A DNA stretch of 64,000 nt from Giardia intestinalis (lineage: Eukaryota): NCBI GenBank assembly GCA_000002435.2, contig CM018790.1. One strand, 5' to 3'. Made by a program: the position numbers and the translations under genes. Below, piece by piece: positions 15,001 to 20,858 of the stretch (within the stretch, counting starts at the first letter, position 1; each line of letters begins with the position of its first letter). The notes beneath the pieces are model-generated. The model was not told the origin of the DNA. It was given only the letters and a program-made list of their open reading frames with translations, and ran no database searches.

Positions 15001-17695
15001 GAAAGATAATAAATTGCTGAATATCCTTTAGCCCAAGTTTCTCCTCTGGCGTATGAGGTTTCAGAGCCTCTAAAAGCTTGACAGATGCATTCGAAGACAT
15101 AAAGTTGAGGAACTCAGAAGAGAGCGTTGATATTTGATTGGTTATTCCGGTGAAATGAGTCACAACGTGCTCTAAAGGTGAAATAAGGAAGCGAGCCAAT
15201 GGTGTGGCGAGCACGCGCCGCATGTCTTCCGTGTCTGTAAGAAAGACACAGCGGTTGCTAGTATAGAATGCTAGAGCCTCATCACTTAGTGATGCCGTTA
15301 CAATCCTTATTACCTCGGTGTCTGTGGTGTCATTTGTCTGGCCCGAAGTGTCACTTGAAGCTTGATTGTTGGAGCCTTGCGATAACACTGACAGGGGTGA
15401 GCCTAGAGATGGGAAATCCTGGACGAATTCATAGGTCTTGTTCGCTAGTTTTTCCAGCGTCTTAAGCAGGCGTTTCTCCTGCAACTGGTGAGAGCAAAAG
15501 TCTGCTATCTGAAGATCTTTCTTAGTTGTGCTATCATAGAATAGGTATGGACAAAAAAAAGAGAGGAGAAGGCGCATATACTCGACTGGTTGAAAGTGTG
15601 CCCTGATAGTCTGGATAGAGGAGTCGAAAAGTACACTCTGCGAAGCCAGGTTGTACAAAAGGGACAATCGCATCGGCCGCGTAATGCGGAGACGCGGCTC
15701 AAACGAAAAGTATTGCATAAAGTCCGGGGATCTGTTGAATAAGAGATCAGGATTGAAAGAGAGCTTCTTAGATAGTTCAACTAGATTAAGGTAATAATCT
15801 GTGCAGCCATGAACGTCTAATAGGCGTGTCAATGTCTGTGAATACACTAGGATGGCAATTGTGTATATGGCAGATAGGCTGTGGGATGTTTGAGGGTCTT
15901 TGAAAACCATTGTTGTAGCTTTACGAGTGGGAACTGTAGTTGGGATAGATGTTCTTATGCTTGTGCCCAAGATAGCAGGCTTTGATGGCATCGTGGAGAC
16001 CTCGAACGAAGCCTTGCTGGGCTGCTCAGTGGATGGAAGCCTCTGATCCTCTAAAGTCGGTTGTTGGTATCTTGTTATAGATGCATAGACCTCTGGGGTA
16101 TTGAGTGGAGCAACCGTGATTCGTCTTGCTCCCAAGAGAGCGTAGTGAATCGCCTCTAGTAACTCGTGCTTATCGCGCTCCTGTGCCAGATCGACGAGCT
16201 TGGAGATCCGCTCGGGAGAAAAGTCTCCGCCAACTCCCAACATCTCAACAAGAGCTTGACTGGACGCCCCCATGAGAGCGTTAGATGAGTGCAAACGTTG
16301 AGTGGTAGCGAAGCTTTCTTCTCGCCTTTTAGACTTGAGTGAAAACGATGCCCTACTGAAATCTGGAACAGGGTGTCCAGTCCCAACTGATGTAACAGCA
16401 GCAGACAGAGAGCTCTCGGATGTGTCAGTGTCAGTATCAGTATCAGACAATTCCTTATCAACTGGAATCAGCTCAGTTGCTGAGCAGGAAAGTACGTTAT
16501 CAGGATCCTCCTCAGCAAGGCGCTGTTCAGCTCTTAAGAGTTGCATTATTCTAGAAGAAGTATATGTCCTAAGCCGAAGCGTTACATGCACACAAAACAG
16601 GAAGAGTCCAAATGGAAGTAATGCACGCACGAAAAGCTCAACGGTAGAAATATAGGGCTCTCCAGAGAGAAGGCTTACAGCTGCGCACATATTCTTATGA
16701 TAGTCCTCTAGTTTGTCTATTCTGATCTTTAAATGCTTTGTTCGCTCCTCGGCGTCTGCGATATCAACAAGGAACTGCTGAAAGCAGGACAAACATAGCG
16801 AAAATCTAGATAGGAGTTCTGTGGATGGAACAGGCTGCTGCTGGTGAAATAGATCTGCATGCAAGTTGGCCAACGATGTTAGAAGAAACAGACTCATTGT
16901 GTAGGTAGGCAGAAACCGAAGCTCATGGGAGAGGTATGTTTGCAACAGTTTAAACCGCTTTCTGCGTAGCTCGAAAGCCTGCTCTTGGATGCTATCTGCT
17001 CTGAATCTTTCTTTAGAAACGATTTTATCCATAAGAGTAAGATCGTACATAGGGTTACTAGGAAAGTAGAAATATCGATTGGCATATACCATCTGGGCCG
17101 TTTGGTAATTAATCTTGATATCCTCAAGAACGTGTTCTCGGTCAGGCAACATTCTCGGTAGGTGTTGCATGATGCTTGCAAACATGCGTTTCGTAAGTTT
17201 AAAAGGTTTGTAACTGGACGGAACGATTGTACTTAGGGCTGTCGGTGCTAGATACAGAGTAGCAAAAGAGGCAATTCTGTCACGCTCGTCCGTCAAGATG
17301 GTCGGAGCTGCCTTAATCGCGTCCTGTCCATGTGTCTTGGTATTTTCAGAATTATCATTAGCTTGTGAGATTTGATAAAGCAATTGGTCATAGAGCTCGG
17401 AATCATAGATCGCTCGCACCTGGTGAAGGGGCACAGACGTTGTTATCGCCAAGGTGGGGGAGAGATAAACAAGCGCTGTTGCCCTTCCGTGTCGATATTG
17501 GATGTCTCGTATCTTTGCATAGAATGTGCATGGCCCGTGGGTAAAGTAGAGGGCGTTTTCATCCAAAGTGGATCCTAAATAAACAAGCGCGTTAGCATCC
17601 CCTGGCTGGGGTGGCTGATCATCTGGCCGGTCCGGGGCCTTGTCTGTGGTGCCTATGTGCGGCTGAAGGCAGTCCAGGACCCAGGATCTGCGCAT
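1..17695 (-). CDS. Giant hypothetical protein, 5' end in window (ATG at 17695..17693), 3' end beyond window start; >=5,898 codons; contains P-loop NTPase (Walker A) motif
   Basis: Manual translation of reverse strand from ATG at 17695 (TAA 8 codons upstream) gives MRRSWVLDCLQPHIGTTDKAPDRPDDQPPQPGDANALVYLGSTLDENALYF... with no stop through >500 codons. The same frame (codon phase p=2 mod 3) was re-checked at 5.9 kb (VALIGQRGSGKSRLIDMARLLF = Walker A GxxGxGKS) and at 1-480 (still open). The ORF track shows no complete minus-strand ORF >=60 aa in this frame and only short plus-strand ORFs across 1-17.7 kb, consistent with one uninterrupted ORF running off the edge. Contains coding microsatellite (TDTDTDT) at ~16425-16449. 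Confidence 0.75.
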   Translation of the reverse strand, partial: MRRSWVLDCLQPHIGTTDKAPDRPDDQPPQPGDANALVYLGSTLDENALYFTHGPCTFYAKIRDIQYRHGRATALVYLSPTLAITTSVPLHQVRAIYDSELYDQLLYQISQANDNSENTKTHGQDAIKAAPTILTDERDRIASFATLYLAPTALSTIVPSSYKPFKLTKRMFASIMQHLPRMLPDREHVLEDIKINYQTAQMVYANRYFYFPSNPMYDLTLMDKIVSKERFRADSIQEQAFELRRKRFKLLQTYLSHELRFLPTYTMSLFLLTSLANLHADLFHQQQPVPSTELLSRFSLCLSCFQQFLVDIADAEERTKHLKIRIDKLEDYHKNMCAAVSLLSGEPYISTVELFVRALLPFGLFLFCVHVTLRLRTYTSSRIMQLLRAEQRLAEEDPDNVLSCSATELIPVDKELSDTDTDTDTSESSLSAAVTSVGTGHPVPDFSRASFSLKSKRREESFATTQRLHSSNALMGASSQALVEMLGVGGDFSPERISKLVDLAQERDKHELLEAIHYALLGARRITVAPLNTPEVYASITRYQQPTLEDQRLPSTEQPSKASFEVSTMPSKPAILGTSIRTSIPTTVPTRKATTMVFKDPQTSHSLSAIYTIAILVYSQTLTRLLDVHGCTDYYLNLVELSKKLSFNPDLLFNRSPDFMQYFSFEPRLRITRPMRLSLLYNLASQSVLFDSSIQTIRAHFQPVEYMRLLLSFFCPYLFYDSTTKKDLQIADFCSHQLQEKRLLKTLEKLANKTYEFVQDFPSLGSPLSVLSQGSNNQASSDTSGQTNDTTDTEVIRIVTASLSDEALAFYTSNRCVFLTDTEDMRRVLATPLARFLISPLEHVVTHFTGITNQISTLSSEFLNFMSSNASVKLLEALKPHTPEEKLGLKDIQQFIIFQETDSITPPDMRCLGDFISKLDQIQAALLSMQPSQSEHETMQLPSVVVDPQPCTDLTGRSQKPIESQSLELGDTMPLKDFAQQSRRQPFETAIHFGPASIAVSIIRDQFLQLVDETKNTIRSRSISVLLNFINYVSSEIHALHTLFFSFMLDPELLRDIDKVKEYLSMSRLKSAFARVFDYIHTIVTQCSSCLSISILDSVSSLVERIFRDFRAMSALANESPPYREGKAALGVLNDQAMQLTQVFAAYYVSPSNRQEQPIYGPDNMPPFYLRPQTDTVIGTRETNYAPVCKQREIKYDTSKVVEFLLVCNETDPSLGDTILSFNFFSSVILLLDIISMTQSTSSDLVHRAFIYSRFIRSTEQHLQTITNHLVNSVAEVLCLTYHSMKAAHDSATEFEQENPYLSTDFNLTMLQFDLSLNSSDIDASSLYVTEAQILEYEREFLLSLALKTALPICTKHHSREELFGKGGGINVAIMGNVDYTFLLKNSQTSGQPSVAAPSTDPSVSASASARGELNKDAQEDSLSYTLADQLSEEAVPSSRALPVSGVDALLASELKLSRTIGTLKRQGLELHKVVPSDSLFTEGMFYRRPIIKKKVKTEFNIIQILAELRFILQEICIIQASIDKWKRFIGQDIHKRQDSVSGVANKHPSKDLHRTYSPYTLLSICHPLCSVVANVSDLVALHEKGVTVAVADYPSSPLLHLLEQTADIIKVIRHRVSNPDQHSFSIPSSNLTILKPSQSSQNRSIEGHNLAAIGTEQDGDAVNSLTSANIMSLASVPLTDKAKRLKGVGPTLKPETKTNDNLIVLTYASWTEYVDYAQEMIVAYALPITIMYFVRSPHLCEHHYKALAELVGCTLPSQTEISTGTVQPTVREPSEASTWTAKDGNLDESTAHIVSTNEIIVSKDQYARAVLSLSVSSFLEAFEKDSDLFSVLLCITNNASIDMEAREQLAVIDDLLHNILMEFSYDMATEVANRTSTAWNSKSFAVIITPVNSEALLRESLYTISNILNSIGHGNKKVQPELSVLHGIHAYIARTSSLRTTRHLPLRYQGYSDIIQQSRYAPDIEVLARYLECGAWLMLYVYKALFRITHIIYALLCVTKYGICISLSKNTRTYTTISTQHGEKLAPFLTDDGLAVTFISQEDLCTFKELFSQWKELAMKYLSKPFTPLFSIIFDRTFNEAVTTLCKRLNRIYDKVISVRDHGILTNLRKINASINPSMEVPLWYEVATSNPQIRSKVCQRVVPLIDDHYHPSSLFFCNTPILYCGEFLIRRNCFKAVQSLHFEVLSGVDGFVLLPQRPPLVDATHSGDIQETNMPLRELTALESSDEVLELLEPIELPKGVFLVSDKIIRNIAPALMKNISKAWEEFNHQIQRYEKILATELNKLRQERMVPDTATKQKTDSVSFKLNSLSKRMQEKVGGQIGSDDSSSSDDTNAIEKSLREQDTSNTTSQPDERSRSDDYKGFLENDPHLIAISESDPDSSNQSATQPQQLTAPQVLHTLTPHDIIGVQIQCCSIFDNFFSNFLFRSTIIVLSSYIRLVYSKEISDAFAGKHTKESMMPLLNLLKNFGKAIEMEVICSHKPTIHKKAIVAKLHEWFDLLTECKRIFMSTKGMQLLSASVHFPFVYFQPGANKIFITSEHGTYSFEASQQWLGAATILDTTLKLNPRQLGLLNKIFSAISERMIIFLVCSSEKGHSNTELYLITTALSRYLFMRVIYCPFSEYTFAANLQRLSSAVANGCLAIVVGIEYLPSWQLLQLCTLANDLRVKQGALPGLVVMDKDTGVARGATMSDFPNLGFIVFFLPELSPISCMEDVFYVDPINTTTTSMDMLLPVLGQTSFTNESNYLANNVTDYYSSSYAASERLDLVVAPFRIRRVISLEIESPDALYLRLSPEYGRAFYEISVFLRQFSGLTYKFVAGDIPMVYTHVKERTDALCMAAVTLDMIMRQTLSFILHPMTNDNLVEVYCRIISSAFGLDKTSTVQLYKLSKAYWDFIKASLFSLNLLHDHSSDGKLGLAMGYNASTAVQSVVHARSTFAKYFSEHLSKYLAPRLLNYVTLFGQMHQLAPQFVIDIIFANELLKSGRPLLAVVPQSSYIRAYTAVLTSVKHWDVSYVTDSRSLRAALKRLTYGDSAMSSESLLEPIPGKVAGEQEKARKSEHLIVVAPPTSHALLRMFDQLFGASLHYPIILDEFGCTYYQFDIGRGPYFMICVTISMLQDFGPLIDLFTHRVVLLPSIEGSDGCRKILHGSLFIDTPHLRFIAKMNVDLWKSELKRRKVESRDALFLLQGLESLMATASKQTTYMTRVIQRIAVLPTFINSIIGFLYDTMAHVFNCGRSVDEVFLIRSMFYFFLLRFNVVTILRKPLPSQFLLKSLEYSQAARGETPQAMKNRVSEIAKHKAYEDGCSPMAFTGTFAFTLVSHVRECVEVLMRLKEALAKQQPGSVIPSLPEPFGMTLDQRAQILTFLDTIGVTIPKEILATTNIYSCSSSSSRLLKKAICGPESSGVKTAQAIAKQALVQKQHMQRLHRAFYSSFTSTSHTILADEVWPFLDVAGFSLQEIQELDDHVKQKSSGTTNLTSIINTALLMNAERDVLQLGMGFCGSLAYELSSSFMLEAVFSPETHAEAFTNLVVPLVIAFWNACSLFVTTYDDGKNKVSKGTTNYARWLGKKYDALTTEFQSIEKLTQAMYCGVSPFVTLLLLEANSPLVHPGLLKHYDTLYRLDLGALNHGLSSEVIISNFRTFSKKVVALLPKEFPVNMSSSTTQNYNPGTIANSCFSYIDFTYGLGQNKKAVSYKKYLCKAEFRLYEIGHGIMKRIHEFRDRTFVEKSIDMITTRLVERKKHNLAVAKRKATEEHAKIIHAKEDALFTKLVTTTASKTQQSAAAQDSSKPLRLIKPANVDFYMSSSDEEELVTDKTLSKDKEQEESDSSESNDTADNLEQAKKAMNLELTKLSKLSRNERTAIDLELHDYDKGESVSVQCSNPTITVFSPHHCAIIVALGCAMLSPITVALIGQRGSGKSRLIDMARLLFRDLLAPDTFLLNDVQTSNSVHAIASSLSSRCLQRNYLTAASSRRKNAYIGKNTSPNTVLEYCDTLCFPSLHFHCSDIDPAASINGHFALLLRDHMLLLDANAEVPHPIYLDMPYDLKTGAISLSDMSIIVECTADHNLTSYCGLQIEVPPCTEAYLNGLCKRIFPHQTDSWISQYVSGYFLVRGSLPNSISETYAVFSNMYQNFVMTMNSLTVVPDKMMLHIREEEESVRADNCIDKEECSPTMIIKYNNDQLLLRASLHSLFSSLRSMAQMDAQFMDAVIERFASLSFLGYLDTDEEYVESVGKAVAQRRAEKLKKAKASKSPRLKASKKEEGSGNRSEQVKKMHPTVLKKSEGPWSDVKLMLISNFAFYPAWEAFIINHGIRLGHKSLASHRFMGMTSMSMKTTPFVKENTLLMASTLNSVLCQVDGIHVNASELIALSYATINAFWFGHFLLLASRLPIYDPYMLSRVFHLYVTIETEKEMNMARFVSMINNFAPRPATSSLSDFYDYDPFHGTRIYLANRAAPYAGKIHIHVQNTIAMRTGKQPTYVDQDVREYLSAICDAETRSWRRLLRKQTASLVISPSATVEEEISQRISFQAKPKVNPNKAAMFPGFSLAAMMCLRPAKYTINIANGTLQSYAEILSQLVALSNCQKFTVSSFGSIYNSSTQQRVLLDAASVIVSSDPLNQYFVDLLHKVNADMREYEFLLLLLMIRTAMALALGIKPEALYPDTVSPLNPSTGLSFKSALETCLPSRTIGTGRAYSLLPPAINEWSGLRGKPHQIIAREKREKAQDFLLPSAHDVTVIAPKSALGRVGAAGISVYQLLTRTLEPLNAAEGIFSSEEMGVICSLVPQSYGLNLTCDRRMLASFLSINLAVIIVDDLPVGPAVYLGSDSSAYVKPQLYSESLRVPVLNSIKSPAIEMINDIETGLESFRMQGVSINEEHMHDMQQLLLGNSNIKAKQEEYKMNLIRYSFADIVSICNISRCTFPNEPPAHIFRKGNNHRTEFLAAFKHTFAAATISIYKFASRFTSVPTVSLMRFTALASQLTNAIYQRIGSFFEYIDILTNALFFYEYLSAPSKTKHKIIEITKLTVPVMVRIVENAVSSVERHTGTTRLVQKGFISRNHNIQTAVAEAVIMRDFLHSLLHLIKREIMVMEAVVQTAHIDALLCSAYMLFSETDRLSEDKCLQCLINGECGDLSPYLQDLLAACQKHTENNSLSPFTVAMVSILNNNGIPVHIHRFDKTMDELLKDPMMISITAETTGKSFFLNHIIRVMAIDFPTYIILKVLNVEWKPTDPARQTLDCVALSDMINSCVHVVPSHLGLSAAYLLEGIHRSKRKRTGYLQALNSSLNGLEDDKSMELIDEISKNIIKLDLLLPPEEFSRELDIAIQKNMQRFSEARDVAPGTEQWYKYKYLILNYGAPNANGANISLLRKLYINRNVNNGNNSVVFSLYPGTDFTTACMRVGMLTQTTLDMFSCSCPCSIIARKEVDTIDLAEYPTENAHKISCILIESIFGENSAGRSSDECTRVGNAAISQLLVGLSLSVKNYLLTFLASCSDMQALRTIASTPAESSHQHSQSLSYCLKQDSPLKSNQEKALTTIFSLGRDIAFSAVGKYALIDTLIKKDIDKPDIDKEINIICLQRTIVDTLGTSIAMKLGRSLSLVAEIMWRYAQVHTPSVILADDNFMPDLHLRIKRAVASYTEMLIKGNAAKPGALTPEQLKAQGLMSMRESYPFIYAMKQNPAAITSFLAACILPYINERVFRLFEPRIAAGVMTSLSIFFIANLNVFEQDLMNKHSTSMERSLGITVIGKNSYPDFIKMISIQQLANCFLVNSRFPLTKIYTRSQIKAITNFEHVTELIPEICSISPRITYAWLVVTVLARYNTIIAESLPWFAQHHSSFVALALTENPFLAIMAFYAQKNPKFEWKGPHAEWLKAQIYQEAAKKHTIINLPPNFL

Positions 17696-17721
17696 ATAGA
17701 ACAATGATTTTGTTATTTACT

Positions 17722-17760
17722 TTCACCCCCTTCACTTCTAGCTCCTTCACCTCTAGCTCC
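17722..17760. repeat. Tandem imperfect 15-bp direct repeat (TTCACYTCTAGCTCC x2 plus partial copy) 27-65 nt upstream of giant-gene ATG
   Basis: Read directly: tttcaccccc|ttcacttctagctcc|ttcacctctagctcc at 17721-17760, in the 134-bp spacer between stop of upstream gene (17830) and giant-gene start (17695). Confidence 0.7.
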
Positions 17761-17829
17761 CCTCGTGCCCGTTGGATTCAGCATTCCACTCGCGCAGTTA
17801 TGAAACACCTTAATAAGCCTGTGGCTACG

Positions 17830-18657
17830 CTAGTCATCAACATCCTCGAACATGGTAGTGCAGATCTCAGTCATCCACGCCTCTAAATAGGTGCCGGTGA
17901 ATGCACCAACATACGGGTACCAGGTGTTCTGATAGAACATGAAGAGACTGGGGTACGCCTTTATGCCCATCTGATTGCACCATGGCTGGAGCCGAGACTC
18001 TGAAGAGGGGTCATAGCAGTCATAGACCAGATATGTCGCCCGGTTTGAGTTTGTGGTGGCTGCTTGCTTGTAAAAGTACCATATCTCTGCAGTGCGTGAC
18101 TCCACTTGCGGATCACTAGAATCTAATAAGAGTAGGACGGGCGGGTGAAATGTAGGGTCAGTAGGTGGGACCGAAACACCTGCAGCGAGCTTCCTACGTG
18201 AAGCACGGACTGCTGGAAGCATTTTCTTTTGCATTCGTGCATAGATCTCTGGGATTTGATCAACGTTGGTAACATTGCGCACCATTGATGAATACCCCAT
18301 GTTGAAATTACTATAGTAGAAGTTCAGGGCATTGAAGTAGCTAAACGAATAGGGCATACGTTCTGCCCGGCCTTCTTCCCGGAAGAAAATGAAGAAGATC
18401 GGCTCAAAGTGCTCCTCTCCCATGAAGATGTCTTCATTGCCGTGAACCTGCCTATCTACGAGGTACAATCTGTCCACTTCGTCACCAATGCGAAGCATCT
18501 CGTCCCATTGTTTTGGTGTGACTCGATCGCCATCAAATAAAATAACACAAAGATCGTTTTTGTCTTCTATAGCCATGGCGATAGTAGCATTGTATGCTTG
18601 GGAAAATGCGCCTGCAAGGAGAGATATGAGGAAGACAATGTGAGAAGAAATCCCCAT
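17830..18657 (-). CDS. Secreted/ER hypothetical protein with N-terminal signal peptide and thioredoxin-fold-like C-terminal segment (degenerate, single-Cys WCNQM; YPSLFMF cis-Pro-loop-like)
   Basis: ATG verified (cat at 18655-18657). N-terminus MGISSHIVFLISLLAGAFSQA is a classical signal peptide; C-terminal ...QPWCNQMGIKAYPSLFMFYQNTWYPYVG resembles PDI/thioredoxin WCxxC...YPT(L/I)xxF pattern but spacing is atypical, so family call is weak. Confidence 0.55.
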   Translation of the reverse strand: MGISSHIVFLISLLAGAFSQAYNATIAMAIEDKNDLCVILFDGDRVTPKQWDEMLRIGDEVDRLYLVDRQVHGNEDIFMGEEHFEPIFFIFFREEGRAERMPYSFSYFNALNFYYSNFNMGYSSMVRNVTNVDQIPEIYARMQKKMLPAVRASRRKLAAGVSVPPTDPTFHPPVLLLLDSSDPQVESRTAEIWYFYKQAATTNSNRATYLVYDCYDPSSESRLQPWCNQMGIKAYPSLFMFYQNTWYPYVGAFTGTYLEAWMTEICTTMFEDVDD

Positions 18658-18784
18658 AGAGAAATTTTATGGCGCGGAGAAAAATAAGTTTTAATAGATT
18701 ATTTCTTCAGTTCGCCCGGTCAGCTGTGCTCTGTCGACCACGAGCGTTACTCCCTTGCCACAGTAACTATCATAAAGTAATATA

Positions 18785-20158
18785 ATGCAATTTCTTGTTA
18801 CATCTCTCAAGCAGATTATCAATGCGCTTTATAGCCAGGGGTCTCCCTTGAAGCTGTCTGCAATCCGCTACAGCAATCTTTCTTCACGCAAACTATTTCC
18901 TCTCGTTGCTGGCCTTTTAACAGAAATACCAGAGGTGGACTTCAAAGACATTTTACTTACGATACGTCTATCAACATCGATCTATGGAAAGGAGATGTGC
19001 CACTTTCTGCACGACAGCAGGTACTTTCTATCTCGCTTCTGGGCCTGGTTCTATTCGTATTGTCCTAATTTGATAAGACAGTTTTCATGTTCAGTCACTA
19101 ATGCAGAACGCAAGATTCTTGCAGACATGGTAGCAATTGTGAAGGGATCTCTGGACGATGTCTTATTCTTCAATCTCAAGAACAAAGATATGTACCAGCC
19201 CTGTTGGGTCGTAATGCGACAGCCAGGGGTGCAAAGACTCGTGATAATTGCACGGGGGACTCTGTCTCTCCTTGACGGCTTTACTGACATAGACGCCTCC
19301 AGTGAGCCGCTGTCCAACTGCTTCCCGGAGCTTACTTCGGCACCGAACTTCTATGTACACCGCGGTGTCCTGCAAGCCACCATCTGGATGTATAATTCTA
19401 TTGTCCCGTGTCTCCATGCTTGGATCGATTCAGAACTGGCCTCCAGCAGAGCTGCCAAGCAAAGCCCTGAGACCGATACTGCTGGCTTCTCGCTACTGCT
19501 TTCCGGACACTCTTTGGGTAGCGCAGTGACTGTTCTGCTCGGAGCCCTTCTGCTCTTGAAACACCCTGATCGTTGGACGACAAGGAACATACAGTGCATC
19601 GGATATGGGTGCCCGCCTATCTCAAATGCTGCCTTCAGCGATTGGACAAAGGACTGGCTTACCATGTTCATATACGATATGGACATTGTCCCTAGACTAG
19701 GTGACCACTCGCTGCGTGTGCGGGCACGCAGAGCCGCAACGTATAAGGGAAACATTGAGACTCTTGAATCCGCCAACAGCATCAGTCGTACTTTGATGAT
19801 GAGCAACTCACTAATACTATCTGGAAATGTCTATCTGATTCAGCCAACCAGTGGCTACAGGCGTTACGGCTTTTGTATGCCAAAACCAATCTACAGCGCC
19901 AGCTCTATCATCGGAGAAACAAGCCTGAGTTCTTTGACCAAAGTCCTTGATGCGTCAGACGTCTATAGTGATGCATACTATCATTCGCCTCATAACGGGA
20001 TTGTCAAAGAGTTTGAGAATCGGCTGTACTTCGTTACCCCAATTGATCCACATGATTTTTCCGAGACTATGCTCAGCGAGGCTGCGCTTTATGACCACCT
20101 TTGTTACAGCAGCATAATCCCTCATATGTTCGACAGACGTAGCGACCCTCCTTTATAG
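18785..20158 (+). CDS. Lipase class 3 (alpha/beta-hydrolase, fungal-lipase-like) family protein
   Basis: ATG verified at 18785 after taaagtaatata. Nucleophile-elbow motif LLLSGHSLGSAVTVLLG (GHSLG) followed by ...GYGCPPISN...DMDIVPRLGD typical of Lipase_3 domain (Ser-Asp-His). Confidence 0.7.
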   Translation: MQFLVTSLKQIINALYSQGSPLKLSAIRYSNLSSRKLFPLVAGLLTEIPEVDFKDILLTIRLSTSIYGKEMCHFLHDSRYFLSRFWAWFYSYCPNLIRQFSCSVTNAERKILADMVAIVKGSLDDVLFFNLKNKDMYQPCWVVMRQPGVQRLVIIARGTLSLLDGFTDIDASSEPLSNCFPELTSAPNFYVHRGVLQATIWMYNSIVPCLHAWIDSELASSRAAKQSPETDTAGFSLLLSGHSLGSAVTVLLGALLLLKHPDRWTTRNIQCIGYGCPPISNAAFSDWTKDWLTMFIYDMDIVPRLGDHSLRVRARRAATYKGNIETLESANSISRTLMMSNSLILSGNVYLIQPTSGYRRYGFCMPKPIYSASSIIGETSLSSLTKVLDASDVYSDAYYHSPHNGIVKEFENRLYFVTPIDPHDFSETMLSEAALYDHLCYSSIIPHMFDRRSDPPL

Positions 20159-20219
20159 GGAAGCAATACTGAGCGCTCTGATAAAGTTCTCTGATAAACC
20201 ATCTAAATTATTTCATTGA

Positions 20220-20789
20220 ATGCTGCCGTGTTTGACCGGAAGCTTTCCCGAGGACGACCTCTGTGGTTATAATGAGCTAAGCAGCATTATCAGGGAGTAT
20301 GTCCCAGATCAGCGCACCGAAATTGCAGATTTTGGCTGCGGGTATAGCGGCGTACTTCTTTCGCTATATGGTCAAGGATATCACCTGTTGACGGGCATCG
20401 ACATCGATTATGCCGTAGTTAGCAAGATGGCCGAGAAGACCAAGACAATAGAGTCAATTGACTGGAGGGCAGAGGATATCCGCAGCTTACCCCTTCCGAA
20501 TGAAACGTTTGGCTGCATTCTCTTTAAGAATGTGTTTTCTATGACTACCTTACAGCTAGATATTTGCAGCGCTATAGAAGCCGTTCACGAGGCCCACCGT
20601 GTGCTCTGCCATAATGGTGTCTTGATTTGTGTTAGTACTCTATCCTCGGAGCAACTTTCCATGGTCTTACAAGGACCCGGACTGACATGGACTCCTGTGT
20701 CCATATCCACTTCACATTCCCTTGCCGGCGCAGAACAACAGCCTGCGCCTCGTGTTCCTTATATCGTCGCAATTCTCCGGAAGCCCTGA
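20220..20789 (+). CDS. Class I SAM-dependent methyltransferase (small, METTL-like)
   Basis: Motif I IADFGCGYSGVLL, post-I GIDIDY, motif III-like RVLCHNGVLICVST. ATG at 20220 directly after TGA. Confidence 0.55.
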   Translation: MLPCLTGSFPEDDLCGYNELSSIIREYVPDQRTEIADFGCGYSGVLLSLYGQGYHLLTGIDIDYAVVSKMAEKTKTIESIDWRAEDIRSLPLPNETFGCILFKNVFSMTTLQLDICSAIEAVHEAHRVLCHNGVLICVSTLSSEQLSMVLQGPGLTWTPVSISTSHSLAGAEQQPAPRVPYIVAILRKP

Positions 20790-20858
20790 CCACGTACTGC
20801 TCTAGACCAAAAATCGAGATCAGAAAGAGATGGCTAGCACGTTTACTTGTAGCCATAG

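Noticed and set aside
32-17600. Many short plus-strand ORFs (60-150 aa) across the first 17.6 kb
   Set aside because: All are shorter than 150 aa, in mixed frames, and antisense to the single uninterrupted minus-strand giant ORF that I verified by hand at three positions.
19351-19806. 151-aa antisense ORF inside the lipase gene; similar antisense ORFs inside VPS15 (26252..26806, 27455..27946), the P5A-ATPase and gene 41122..42516 (41805..42344)
   Set aside because: Each is fully contained in a longer ORF on the other strand with recognisable domains or continuous coding character. None has an A/T-rich initiator or flanking spacer.
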